Under the pieces are notes generated by a model, which was not told the origin of the DNA, made no database searches, and saw only the letters and a list, made by a program, of their open reading frames with translations. A stretch of 64,000 nucleotides of DNA from NCBI GenBank assembly GCA_963729715.1, contig CAVSPA010000005.1, positions 480,001 through 544,000 on the forward strand, in the 5' to 3' direction. The DNA comes from an uncultured delta proteobacterium. GTDB lineage: Bacteria > Desulfobacterota > Syntrophia > Syntrophales > UBA2185. A program made the position numbers and the translations under genes. Of this stretch, positions 39,701 to 48,974 are shown piece by piece; within the stretch, counting starts at the first letter, position 1; every line of letters starts with the position of its first letter.

Positions 39701-41902
39701 ATGGACGTCGCTGAACTTGTAAGTAAGGCAAGAGCAGAAGGGAGAACCGCCCTGACCGAGGCGGAATCCAAAAAATTGCTCGTAAATTATGGTCTGCCCG
39801 TGGTTGATGAACGCATTGCCGCAAGTGTGGACGAGGCCGCTATAGAGGCTGAGGCTGCCGGTTTTCCCGTCGTTGTAAAAGGTCTCGGCGCCCGGCTTAC
39901 ACACAAGACGGAACGCGGCCTTGTCAAGCTGAGTTTGAAAAGCGCGGAGGAGGTCCGAAAAGCTGCCCGAGAAATTGCCGCGGCTGCGGGTGATGACCTG
40001 GAAGGATTTCTCGTATACCACATGGTGGAAGGCAGACGGGAATTCATGGCGGGGCTGTTTCATGACGCCCAATTCGGTCCTGTTGTCATGTTCGGTTTGG
40101 GAGGCATCTTTGCTGAGGCGCTTGCAGACGTGGCGTTTCGCATTGCACCCCTCGATGAAACACACGCGTATGACATGATAAAAAAGATCAGGGCCATTGA
40201 CCTCTTGGGAAAGTTTCGCGGTGAGGCGTCGGTAAAAAGTGACCAGATTGTCAGTATCCTTCTTGGTTTATCCAGGCTTGGAATGGAACATCCGGAAGTG
40301 CAGGAGGTAGATATCAATCCCCTGCTTGTCGGGCCGGATGGCCGGGTGACTGCCGTAGATGCGCTGGTCATTGTCGGGAATGTTCTCCGAAGCAAATCGC
40401 CGCGTCCGCCTGCGGATAAGATGGCGATGCGAAATTTCTTCCACGCCCGTTCAATTGCGGTTGTCGGCGCGTCTGCTACGTTCGGCAAATGGGGATACAC
40501 TCTGTTCACTAATATGGTTGCCGGGAATTTCCGGGGTGAAATTTATCTGGTTAATCCTAAGGGTGGTGAAATTGCAGGATGGCCTGTCTGCAAATCTTTG
40601 GAAGACGTCCCCGGGCCCATAGACCTTGCCGTGGTAACAGTCCCTGCGGCAAGTGTTATGGACCTCGTTCCTAAGCTTAAAGGAAGGGGCATCAAGAGCA
40701 TGCTCTTAGTAACGTCTGGTTTTAGTGAGGCGGACAAAAAGGGAGCGCAACTGGAGGAGCGGCTGGTGGAAGAGGCGCGTGCGGCCGGAATTACGATTCT
40801 CGGGCCCAACACAATGGGGATATGCAATCCTCATGAAGATCTATTCTGCCTGTATCAGCATGTACGGCCGAAGCCAGGCGCGACGGCGCTCGTTGCTCAA
40901 TCGGGTAATCTCGGCACACAGTTCTTGATGTTTGCCGAGAGTGAAGGGATCGGGATACGGGCATTCATCGGATCCGGAAACGAGGCGATGATCACGCTTG
41001 AGGACTACATGGAATTCTTCGAAACCGATGACTTGACAAAGACGGTGGTATTGTACGTAGAGAGCCCCAAAGACGGCAGACGGTTCTTTGAATCTACCAA
41101 GAGGGTTTCCCGAAAAAAGCCTGTTCTCATGCTCAAAGGCGGTCGCACACGCGCCGGTGACCGCGCCGCCGCTAGTCATACGGGTGCATTGGCTTCCAAT
41201 ATTAAAGTCTTTAAGGCCGCATGCCGCCAGGCAGGAGTCGTTATGGGAGAAACTTCCATGGACCTCCTCGATCTCTCCGCTGCATTCGCATCGCTCCCCT
41301 TGCCACAGGGTAATAAGGTGGCGATAATGACCCTCGGTGGAGGCTGGGGGGTGGTTACGGCCGATCTGTGCATGGAATATGGGCTGGAAGTGCCCGACCT
41401 TTCATCTCATATAATATCACGGATCGATAAAGTCCTTCCTCCCTACTGGAGCCGATCCAATCCGGTCGACCTGGTTGCAGAAATGGATCTCTCCGTTCCC
41501 ATGATACTCATCGAGGAACTGCTGAAGTGGGATGGGTGTGATGCGGCAATTCACCTGGGTATCCTCGGCAGGCTGGTATTTGTAAAGAGAATGATCGAAT
41601 CCTCTCATATGGCTGATCAGACCTGCGACCGTAACGTCTTAGTAGAGATTGCTCGTCGGGTCGCTGATTTCGAACTCAGTTACAGTGAACACGTGATTCG
41701 CCTGATGGAGAAGTATGGCAAACCCGTTCTGGGGGTCTGTCTTCTTTCCGATGATAATGCCCGCACCGTTAAAGAGATCGCGGGAAAGGAATATAAAGGG
41801 GTGACTTTCCTAACACCGGAGCGAGCCGTAAAGGCTCTTGCCGGCATGTATTCGTACAAATGCTGGCTGGACATTGAAGGGATATCAATACATAATAGAT
41901 AG
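39701..41902 (+). CDS. ADP-forming acetate/acyl-CoA ligase (ATP-grasp domain first)
   Basis: HKTE, FGPVVMFGLGG, DINPL; CoA-binding VVGAS, GPNTMG, SHTG, NPVD. Confidence 0.9.
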   Translation: MDVAELVSKARAEGRTALTEAESKKLLVNYGLPVVDERIAASVDEAAIEAEAAGFPVVVKGLGARLTHKTERGLVKLSLKSAEEVRKAAREIAAAAGDDLEGFLVYHMVEGRREFMAGLFHDAQFGPVVMFGLGGIFAEALADVAFRIAPLDETHAYDMIKKIRAIDLLGKFRGEASVKSDQIVSILLGLSRLGMEHPEVQEVDINPLLVGPDGRVTAVDALVIVGNVLRSKSPRPPADKMAMRNFFHARSIAVVGASATFGKWGYTLFTNMVAGNFRGEIYLVNPKGGEIAGWPVCKSLEDVPGPIDLAVVTVPAASVMDLVPKLKGRGIKSMLLVTSGFSEADKKGAQLEERLVEEARAAGITILGPNTMGICNPHEDLFCLYQHVRPKPGATALVAQSGNLGTQFLMFAESEGIGIRAFIGSGNEAMITLEDYMEFFETDDLTKTVVLYVESPKDGRRFFESTKRVSRKKPVLMLKGGRTRAGDRAAASHTGALASNIKVFKAACRQAGVVMGETSMDLLDLSAAFASLPLPQGNKVAIMTLGGGWGVVTADLCMEYGLEVPDLSSHIISRIDKVLPPYWSRSNPVDLVAEMDLSVPMILIEELLKWDGCDAAIHLGILGRLVFVKRMIESSHMADQTCDRNVLVEIARRVADFELSYSEHVIRLMEKYGKPVLGVCLLSDDNARTVKEIAGKEYKGVTFLTPERAVKALAGMYSYKCWLDIEGISIHNR

Positions 41903-42205
41903 TTAAGCTATCTCTTTTTCGGTTGGCTTTTTGGGAAGTCGGGCACTATTACAGACGGCGATTATCCAGATGGTCTTCTGTCTCACGCGATAGATGAACC
42001 GGCACGGTGCAATCGCCACTTCTCGGAAAGGGAGATCAGGAAATTCGGGTAGTGCCGTACCGGATCCGGGAAACCGTTTGAGCCGTGACAAGGTCTTTTC
42101 TGCCTTCTTTCGGAATGCACTTGCCGCAGATGTACCTTCCATATCGATTGAGGTAATAGCTCGAAGAAAATGGTTTCGTCCGGAAGGAGTAAAAAGAACT
42201 CTCAA
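41903..42205 (-). CDS. RelE/ParE-family toxin
   Basis: MRVLFT, L.RFP.SG, REV..P.RFIYRV; follows antitoxin. Confidence 0.8.
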   Translation of the reverse strand: MRVLFTPSGRNHFLRAITSIDMEGTSAASAFRKKAEKTLSRLKRFPGSGTALPEFPDLPFREVAIAPCRFIYRVRQKTIWIIAVCNSARLPKKPTEKEIA

Positions 42206-42214
42206 ACAATCCTC

Positions 42215-42484
42215 CTATTTCAGCAAGGCATCCGCATCTGCAAGGACGTGACTGAGATCATAACCCTTGCCTGTTTCGATTTCCTTTTCACCGCGGGCGA
42301 GAAGGTGGAGAATTTCCATTTCTTTTTGCGATTTTTCGTAAGCCTCCATACTGACCACAACTGCAGCTGCCCTTCCCCTTTGGGTGATGACAACGGGCTG
42401 CCGTGAGGATTTCACTCGCTTCAGCACGGATGACGCCGCTTGGCGAAGATCGGTAATCGGTATGATGTTGGGAATCTTGGTCAT
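42215..42484 (-). CDS. Phd/YefM-family antitoxin
   Basis: IPITDLR, PVVITQRGRAAAV. Confidence 0.88.
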   Translation of the reverse strand: MTKIPNIIPITDLRQAASSVLKRVKSSRQPVVITQRGRAAAVVVSMEAYEKSQKEMEILHLLARGEKEIETGKGYDLSHVLADADALLK

Positions 42485-42590
42485 TATTGTCACTCCCTGA
42501 GATACGTTTAACACTACTGCCAAATGCAGCAATAAGCAAGCTCTATATTTGCGAATAAGATGGAGTTGCGGAGTTCCGCAAAAATACTCA

Positions 42591-43037
42591 TCAGGCTTTG
42601 CTGCGATCTTCCACCTTCAATTCGAGGACGATGCGCCCCCATCCTCCACACGCCACGCCGACATCAAAGCACCCGGCCCGCTTGAATCTCATCTCATTCG
42701 GATCAGCGCCTGCATAAAGAAACTCGGTTGCCGTAAAAATCTGAGGCATGATGACACTCAACGCATAGATGCATATCCTTTTTGGAGAGAGTGCCGCAAG
42801 AAGGTTTCCCGCACTGTCAAAGTAAAACCTATCGCCGACCTTGTGCTGGCTGTTGCATCCATACGAGTCCACCACTTCTGCAATGATTGTCTTATTCATG
42901 AGTTCCGGCACCATGGATAAGATTTCTTCATTTCGAGGATTATCCCGAAATATTTTCATCTCTGCATCAGTATATCCCAAACGCTTTTGTATCATCTGCC
43001 ACTTTTGCGTCTCCCACGTTTTGTCGCCAGTGGTCAT
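42591..43037 (-). CDS. Conserved Cys-containing hypothetical protein (TIGR04076-like)
   Basis: GCNSQHKVGDRF, ICIYAL, CFDVG..CGGWG. Confidence 0.6.
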   Translation of the reverse strand: MTTGDKTWETQKWQMIQKRLGYTDAEMKIFRDNPRNEEILSMVPELMNKTIIAEVVDSYGCNSQHKVGDRFYFDSAGNLLAALSPKRICIYALSVIMPQIFTATEFLYAGADPNEMRFKRAGCFDVGVACGGWGRIVLELKVEDRSKA

Positions 43038-43071
43038 CCTGTTCCTCCATCTTATCTGTTAATTTGTATTA

Positions 43072-43500
43072 TTACTTTTTCTCCCATGATTCGATTCCGC
43101 CCTTTATCACCTTGAAGAATGGGTGAGCCCGCGGTTTCTTGACTGCAAGAATTTTCTTATGTCGTGCTGGATCGCGTAACTTCAGTTTTGTCTTGAGATG
43201 ATTCAACTCGTACTTGAGTTGTCCGTCCGCTACTGGAATTTTCGAACATCGCTGCTTGGGGCCAATCTTGGCTATGTCAAAATGATATCCACGCCTGACG
43301 GTTTCCTCGTAAACGTACCAAAGATAACAATCTATCGCAACCGTGGGCTGCAGATGAGCATTAAATCTATCTATCTGGGGGTGATCCTTATAGCTTTTTG
43401 TCTGGCGTTGCAAGACCTTTCGGGCGAGCAGGCCCTCCCGCCAGAGAGCAACGAGTCCCCTCGCGTCAAGGTATTCGGGATGTAAAGACCACAAACGCAT
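43072..43500 (-). CDS. Pyrimidine-dimer DNA glycosylase / endonuclease V-like protein
   Basis: MRLWSLHP.YLD..GLVALWRE, HPQ, RRGY.FD. Confidence 0.85.
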   Translation of the reverse strand: MRLWSLHPEYLDARGLVALWREGLLARKVLQRQTKSYKDHPQIDRFNAHLQPTVAIDCYLWYVYEETVRRGYHFDIAKIGPKQRCSKIPVADGQLKYELNHLKTKLKLRDPARHKKILAVKKPRAHPFFKVIKGGIESWEKK

Positions 43501-43539
43501 GGGCCGTATCTCCGCCGTTCCTTAGCATAGGCATCTGTT

Positions 43540-43992
43540 CTATGCTTGCTTCCCGGTCACTCGCGCAATCACTACTTTTATTACTGTGGTCTTTGTCATT
43601 ATGTCTTCAGGAAAAATATATTCCTTGCCTGAATACTGAGCCATGATAAGTTCCAGGGCTTTATTTTTGCCTTCCTGATCATCCTCGATTTCTGCGGTTC
43701 CAAATCCTATGACGCTGCGATACTTGATTCCCCAGCGACAGCCCTGCTCTGCTTCCCTCATCCCCTCAGGGATATCGAACTCGAAGCAAACTCGGCTATT
43801 CCTGCGAAGGATATCGATCTTTCTCCCATCGGAGGCACTGTGGAAATAAAGCGCCTCCCCGTCATATCCAAAGCACAGCGGGACGATATAGGGTTCTTCA
43901 CCATCAGCCAACCCCAAGCGGCATACCAGACACTGCCGGATTATGGCGTCAATCACTGCTCTATTTTTGATTTCCCTCTCGCTTCGCCTCAT
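43540..43992 (-). CDS. Pyridoxamine 5'-phosphate oxidase-like (NimA-like) protein
   Basis: MRRSEREI, PYIVPL.FGY, YFHSA..GRK, YRSVIGFG. Confidence 0.88.
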   Translation of the reverse strand: MRRSEREIKNRAVIDAIIRQCLVCRLGLADGEEPYIVPLCFGYDGEALYFHSASDGRKIDILRRNSRVCFEFDIPEGMREAEQGCRWGIKYRSVIGFGTAEIEDDQEGKNKALELIMAQYSGKEYIFPEDIMTKTTVIKVVIARVTGKQA

Positions 43993-44037
43993 TACGTCCT
44001 CTCAATATTTTACAAGCAGGGTAATTGCAATCCGTTC

Positions 44038-44445
44038 TCAGTTTACCTTCTTCGTTGTTTCCTTGGTTTTCTTGTAGCGTTTGCCGTTGAATTGTCAAAC
44101 GCTTTGACGGGACCAGCCGGCACTCTCAGCCGCTATAGTAAGATCCTATAGTCCCTTGTGTTTTACCTTATCGATTGTTACAAAATAGCCTCCGTGCGAG
44201 AGAACTATCACAAATGAATCACCGGCATTACGGAGCACCCAGATCGGACCGAGGGCGGCATCTCATCCACTCGCATCCTGTGTCGTAACGATTAAATTTG
44301 TGGTTTGACCATCTCCGTCAAGATCGACGGCTTTCCCGACGAACTCGCATTTCTGCAGGTCGTCATCTTCAATGGTAAATGTCTGAACAGGCCAGGAAGT
44401 CGATGCGACCATCAACAAACCCAAGAGGAGCAAATTCAGTTTCAT
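44038..44445 (-). pseudogene. Secreted protein pseudogene with three in-frame stops
   Basis: Signal peptide, DLDGDG; frame continues protein-like through stops at 44263, 44146 and 44095 to TGA 44038. Confidence 0.6.
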
Positions 44446-44685
44446 ATATTATTTCGCTCTTAGTTTATTGATCCGTGACGTTTAAAATACTACCTTTTCA
44501 TAAAATTACAAGTGTTTTCATAATTATAGTTGAGTGCGTGCTTAATTATTTTGGATACGAGGAACTTCTTTTTCAAGGCAGAAAAAGCCCCTTGCCATAG
44601 AAGGCGGAGCGGTGTATTTACCGGTGTCACCTAAGATTGTTGAAAGAACTTGTGCATTGATGAAGCATGGGAAGACTTGTTTCAT

Positions 44686-45633
44686 ATGAAAAAAGATAAA
44701 ATAGCTGTCGTTTTTCCCGGCCAGGGGGCGCAGCGCCCCGGAATGGGAAAGGATTTCTATGCTAATTTTCCTGTCAGCCGTGAGATTTACGAAGAGGCGT
44801 CTCAATCGGCAGGATGGGACATTGCCGCCATGTGTTTCGGCGACGATGAACGTCTTGACCTGACGGAATTTACCCAACCGTGCATTTTAACTACGGAAAT
44901 TGCCATTTTCCGCGGCTTGGAGGCGCTTTTTGGGCTTTCACCGACCCTCTTTGGCGGTCACAGCCTCGGCGAATTTACCGCCTTGGTTGCCGCCGGCGCC
45001 CTTCCACTGTCTGAGGCTGTGCGCATCGTCCAGATTCGTGGCCGACTGATGCAGGATGCCGTGCCCGTTGGTCACGGAGCCATGGCCGCTGTTATCTTGG
45101 ATAATGTGGATATAACGGCGGTTCGCTTGTCATTGAAGGATCTCCCCATTGACATCGCAAATATCAATTCAGCCAATCAAATAGTTATCAGTGGTAAGGC
45201 TGATGCGATGCCGGAGGCAGAGGCGAGGCTTGAGAAGGCGCTGGCTACTGATAGACCCTTTCGCTTTATCCCGCTTAACGTGAGTGCACCGTTTCACAGT
45301 CGTTTTATGAGCACGATTATCGAGCCCTTTGAGGAAATACTGCGGGCTGTTGGAAAGGGAATAGTTCAAGATAGGTCCGTGACGGTTACCTCAAATTTCA
45401 GGGGTATATTTCATTCAGGCCTGTATGAGGATCTTATTTACAATCTGGTCTCCCAGTTGCATCATCCTGTCCTTTGGGTGGACAATATGAGGGCCCTTGC
45501 GTCGCATACGGAGACGATCTATGAGGTCGGGCCCGGTCGGCCCCTCCGCGATTTTTTCAAGAGTATAAATATAACCTGCACGTCGATTACAACGCTCGCA
45601 ACGGCTGAAAAGACATTTAAGAAAAGCGATTGA
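44686..45633 (+). CDS. fabD: Malonyl-CoA:ACP transacylase
   Basis: FPGQGAQ, TQP, GHSLGE, RG.LMQ, SAPFHS. Confidence 0.93.
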   Translation: MKKDKIAVVFPGQGAQRPGMGKDFYANFPVSREIYEEASQSAGWDIAAMCFGDDERLDLTEFTQPCILTTEIAIFRGLEALFGLSPTLFGGHSLGEFTALVAAGALPLSEAVRIVQIRGRLMQDAVPVGHGAMAAVILDNVDITAVRLSLKDLPIDIANINSANQIVISGKADAMPEAEARLEKALATDRPFRFIPLNVSAPFHSRFMSTIIEPFEEILRAVGKGIVQDRSVTVTSNFRGIFHSGLYEDLIYNLVSQLHHPVLWVDNMRALASHTETIYEVGPGRPLRDFFKSINITCTSITTLATAEKTFKKSD

Positions 45634-46499
45634 CGCCTGTGAAAAAGTGCTTCTTCATCTGTATATGTATCTTTTTTCTTGCATCCGGTGCCATTCCTTT
45701 CATTTGCCCGAAGTCTATTATGCCCTTCGCTTGCACGAGGCCGGGATATGCATCATCCCTCGATACAGGTCTAAACCGCGCCCCAATCGATACCTCAGGA
45801 ACCACCCTTCATAGTATCCGGGTAGTTAATGTATATCCGCACGACCCTGATGCCTTCACGCAGGGACTCGTATTCTACAAGGGGTATATCTACGAGGGAA
45901 CGGGGATTTCGGGACAGTCGAGCATACGCAAGGTTGAGCTTAAGACAGGCAGGGTCTTAAAAAGTCAAGGTCTCGCGGCGGAATACTTCGGTGAGGGCAT
46001 CACTGTCTGCCGGGACAAACTAATCCAGTTGACATGGCAGTCGCACACCGCTTTTGTCTATGATCTTCAATCATTCCGTCTCCTCCAGACATTTTCCTAT
46101 CCAACCGAAGGCTGGGGAATTACCTGTGATGGCAATTACCTCATCATGAGCGACGGTACCGCCGTGCTGCGTTTCCTGGACACCCGGACGTATAAATTGG
46201 TGAAGCAAATCGAGGTACGGGATCGCGGCAGAAGCTTATCGAATATCAATGAGCTCGAATATATTAAAGGCGAGATCTACGCTAACGTGTGGGGTACGGA
46301 TTATATTGTCCGCATCTCAGCACGTACCGGGCAAGTGCTTGGCTGGATTGACCTGAGAGATCTATATCGCTATGTCGGTACGGGCAGAAACCTTGATGTG
46401 TTAAACGGTATTGCGTATGACGCGAAGGGCGATAGGCTGTTTGTGACGGGAAAATACTGGCCTAATCTCTTTGAGATTAGGTTGGAGGCTCTTAAGTAG
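45630..46499 (+). CDS. Glutaminyl-peptide cyclotransferase (beta-propeller type)
   Basis: PHD..AFTQGL, FGEG, EGWG, NELE, VLNGIAYD, TGKYW. Confidence 0.9.
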   Translation: MTPVKKCFFICICIFFLASGAIPFICPKSIMPFACTRPGYASSLDTGLNRAPIDTSGTTLHSIRVVNVYPHDPDAFTQGLVFYKGYIYEGTGISGQSSIRKVELKTGRVLKSQGLAAEYFGEGITVCRDKLIQLTWQSHTAFVYDLQSFRLLQTFSYPTEGWGITCDGNYLIMSDGTAVLRFLDTRTYKLVKQIEVRDRGRSLSNINELEYIKGEIYANVWGTDYIVRISARTGQVLGWIDLRDLYRYVGTGRNLDVLNGIAYDAKGDRLFVTGKYWPNLFEIRLEALK

Positions 46500-46507
46500 A
46501 CGGTATT

Positions 46508-47194
46508 CTATAGCAGGGACATTGTCCAGCCCTGTTTTTGGTCGTCCCGGATCTGGTTTTCCTTCAGGTGCTGTTCAATTTTTTTCCGCCTATTTTCAAA
46601 GGCTTCGTTATCCATGTTCTCAGGTACATATATGGGGCTATCCCAGCGTATGACGACCGTGCTGAATGGTTTTGGTATGATAGAGCGATCCCAGCTATTA
46701 AGCACCCAAGCCCGGTTAACTGAGATATAGATCGGGACAATGGGAACACCGGACAGTTGTGCCATCGCTATAAGCCCCGGCTTTACAACCCCTCTGGGGC
46801 CTCTCGGCCCATCAAGAGCGTGCACGGCCATCTGATTTTCTGCTAAATCCGCAATCATATCGGCAAGGGCCTCCTTGCCACCACGGGAGCTCGATCCCCT
46901 TACTGGCCTGAAATTGAGAAGGCTGGCGACTCCGGCAATTAGATCACCATCACGGCTCTGGCTGATCATCGCGGATGGCGCATAGACACTAAATTTCCTT
47001 GCATAACCCACGACTGGAATAATACGCTGGTGCCAGATCGCGACGATCATCTTCTGACCGCTCTTCAGGTATTGCAGGGTCATCTCCTCATTTACAGCCC
47101 TGATCCTAATCAGGGAAAGGTATGCACGGACAAGATAATAGGCAACGGGAATGAGTCCGTATTTCAGTGCTAAGCGTGAGAGGTACTTGATCAT
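46508..47194 (-). CDS. DUF374 lysophospholipid acyltransferase family protein
   Basis: WHQR, SQSRDG, RGSSSRGG, DGPRGP, SWDR..PKPF. Confidence 0.88.
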   Translation of the reverse strand: MIKYLSRLALKYGLIPVAYYLVRAYLSLIRIRAVNEEMTLQYLKSGQKMIVAIWHQRIIPVVGYARKFSVYAPSAMISQSRDGDLIAGVASLLNFRPVRGSSSRGGKEALADMIADLAENQMAVHALDGPRGPRGVVKPGLIAMAQLSGVPIVPIYISVNRAWVLNSWDRSIIPKPFSTVVIRWDSPIYVPENMDNEAFENRRKKIEQHLKENQIRDDQKQGWTMSLL

Positions 47195-47205
47195 ACAGTC
47201 CGCTC

Positions 47206-48288
47206 TTAAGCTTTCTTTACATAAATGGGGTTCGAAAATATCCAGGGCCGGTATTTGCCGAGGACTCTAAGATAGGCTTCAACCCTGTAAACTCCGGGCT
47301 TACTGATGCTGCCCGTCAGATCTTGACCGATCTCTTCCCTAATCAAGGTTCCGTCTTTGATGATGCGTATCTTTGCAGTCGCAGGAAATGTTGCGGTGAG
47401 GCAAGCCTCGTTTTCAAGCATGAAGTCATCACCCATACAGGCGCTCTGGCTGTTATCCGTTAAGACAAGTGAGAATCCCTTGGATTCGTGGAAAGACTCT
47501 CCGGCAACATACACCCTTCCCTTCTTCAGGGCAGACAGCAGCGCTGCAATATCCTTCGCATGATCCCTAACCAAAGGTCTTTCGGTGATCACGTGGGTCC
47601 TCATAAATTTGAATGCCTTAACAAAGGGGAAGATAGATAGGTTCAAACCCAGCACCCTCTTATGGGTGTCATGATTATCGAGCTCACCGATACCCACCAC
47701 TTTGGCGTTCCTGTTCAGCCGATCCCAGCGTTCCAGGGTTACCTTTCTCGGTCCCGTGAGAAAGAAAGCGGGAAAGAGAAAGCTCAGTATCGATCTGGGA
47801 TATCCCCTCAGGGTGTTTTGCCAATCTGTCATGAAATCCCATATCCCCATGCCTGTATAACCTGTTACCCCCCAGTCTAACCAGGGGTAATGTTTCACGT
47901 GAAACAATTTCGTTCCCTCATGATCCGGGTGAGCAATGAACCCCATTCCCCCCCTGACCTGAACCTCATTCACGTATATCTGGGGATCAATGTCTCGTTC
48001 ATCCTCGGTGATGACCACAGGTGTATCAATCTGGAAGGCAAGGTAATGGTTGAAACGCGGGGCAATTTCCTGACCGACTATGAGCAGGGTATCGCCGTGC
48101 CACCCTTCAAATCCTTCTTCCCTCGCCCGCATATTGGAGTGGTCCGTAAGCATGACAAAGTCAATGCCGTTGATCCTCGCCGCCTCCAAAATTTCTGCTA
48201 TGGGAGCCCTGCCGTCGAACGAGTAGGCTGAGTGGCTATGGATAATACCCGTATAGTCATAGAAGTTAGGCATAGAACCCTGCTTCAT
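47206..48288 (-). CDS. PHP-domain (CehA/McbA-like) metallohydrolase
   Basis: HSHSAYSFDG, TDH, GQE, AHP, DNH, SNPIY. Confidence 0.82.
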   Translation of the reverse strand: MKQGSMPNFYDYTGIIHSHSAYSFDGRAPIAEILEAARINGIDFVMLTDHSNMRAREEGFEGWHGDTLLIVGQEIAPRFNHYLAFQIDTPVVITEDERDIDPQIYVNEVQVRGGMGFIAHPDHEGTKLFHVKHYPWLDWGVTGYTGMGIWDFMTDWQNTLRGYPRSILSFLFPAFFLTGPRKVTLERWDRLNRNAKVVGIGELDNHDTHKRVLGLNLSIFPFVKAFKFMRTHVITERPLVRDHAKDIAALLSALKKGRVYVAGESFHESKGFSLVLTDNSQSACMGDDFMLENEACLTATFPATAKIRIIKDGTLIREEIGQDLTGSISKPGVYRVEAYLRVLGKYRPWIFSNPIYVKKA

Positions 48289-48936
48289 TCAATAGACCGG
48301 TGACTGGAGTGGACAGCTTTCACAACGGGGCTTTCGGCTGCAAAAATATTTTCCTGTGTTAACGAAAAGGGCATGATACTGATTGTACAGGGGGACGTTG
48401 TGCGGAAGGCGCGTCATAAAAAGATTCTGAATTTCCTTATACGTTGCGTCACTGCGGATTATATCATGCCTCTGTAAAACCCTTCTGGTATAGGCATCGA
48501 CGACAAAAATGGGCTTTTCTCCCGCATAGAGAAGGATGCTGTCGGCTGTTTCCTCGCCAATGCCCTTGACCGCAAGCAGCTTTGCTCTCAGGTGCCAAAG
48601 GTCTTCCGCAAACATGTTGTCCAGTTTGCCGCCATACTCATCGTATAAGAATCGTATAAACGATTTTAGTCTCCGGGTCTTGATATTGTAATATCCCGCC
48701 GGTCTAATGAGGTCGGCGAGTGTCGACTCATCTATCCCTAATATTCCCGCAGGGTGAAGAAGCTCTTGGGATTTCAGCCTGGCTATAGCCTTTTCGACAT
48801 TTCGCCAGGCTGTGTTCTGAGTCAATATCGCCCCGACTATAACTTCAAAAGGGGAATTGCCGGGCCACCAATTGAGGTCACCGAAGTGGGCGTTAAGCGT
48901 TTTGTAGATCGCAAGCAGATAATGACCCCTCTTCAT
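48289..48936 (-). CDS. Endonuclease III-like HhH-GPD DNA glycosylase
   Basis: GAILTQNT, GIGEETADSI, VVDAY, C..KPRC..CPL. Confidence 0.88.
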   Translation of the reverse strand: MKRGHYLLAIYKTLNAHFGDLNWWPGNSPFEVIVGAILTQNTAWRNVEKAIARLKSQELLHPAGILGIDESTLADLIRPAGYYNIKTRRLKSFIRFLYDEYGGKLDNMFAEDLWHLRAKLLAVKGIGEETADSILLYAGEKPIFVVDAYTRRVLQRHDIIRSDATYKEIQNLFMTRLPHNVPLYNQYHALFVNTGKYFCSRKPRCESCPLQSPVY

Positions 48937-48974
48937 ACTGGAATCCGGTACCGTCTTTCATACGAGGGCGCTCT

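Noticed and set aside
18779..44445. Genome-wide stop-codon reassignment suggested by several in-frame stops
   Set aside because: TGA and TAG both end many intact genes here at expected lengths (e.g. msrA TGA, hgcA TAG), and the stops would need different amino acids
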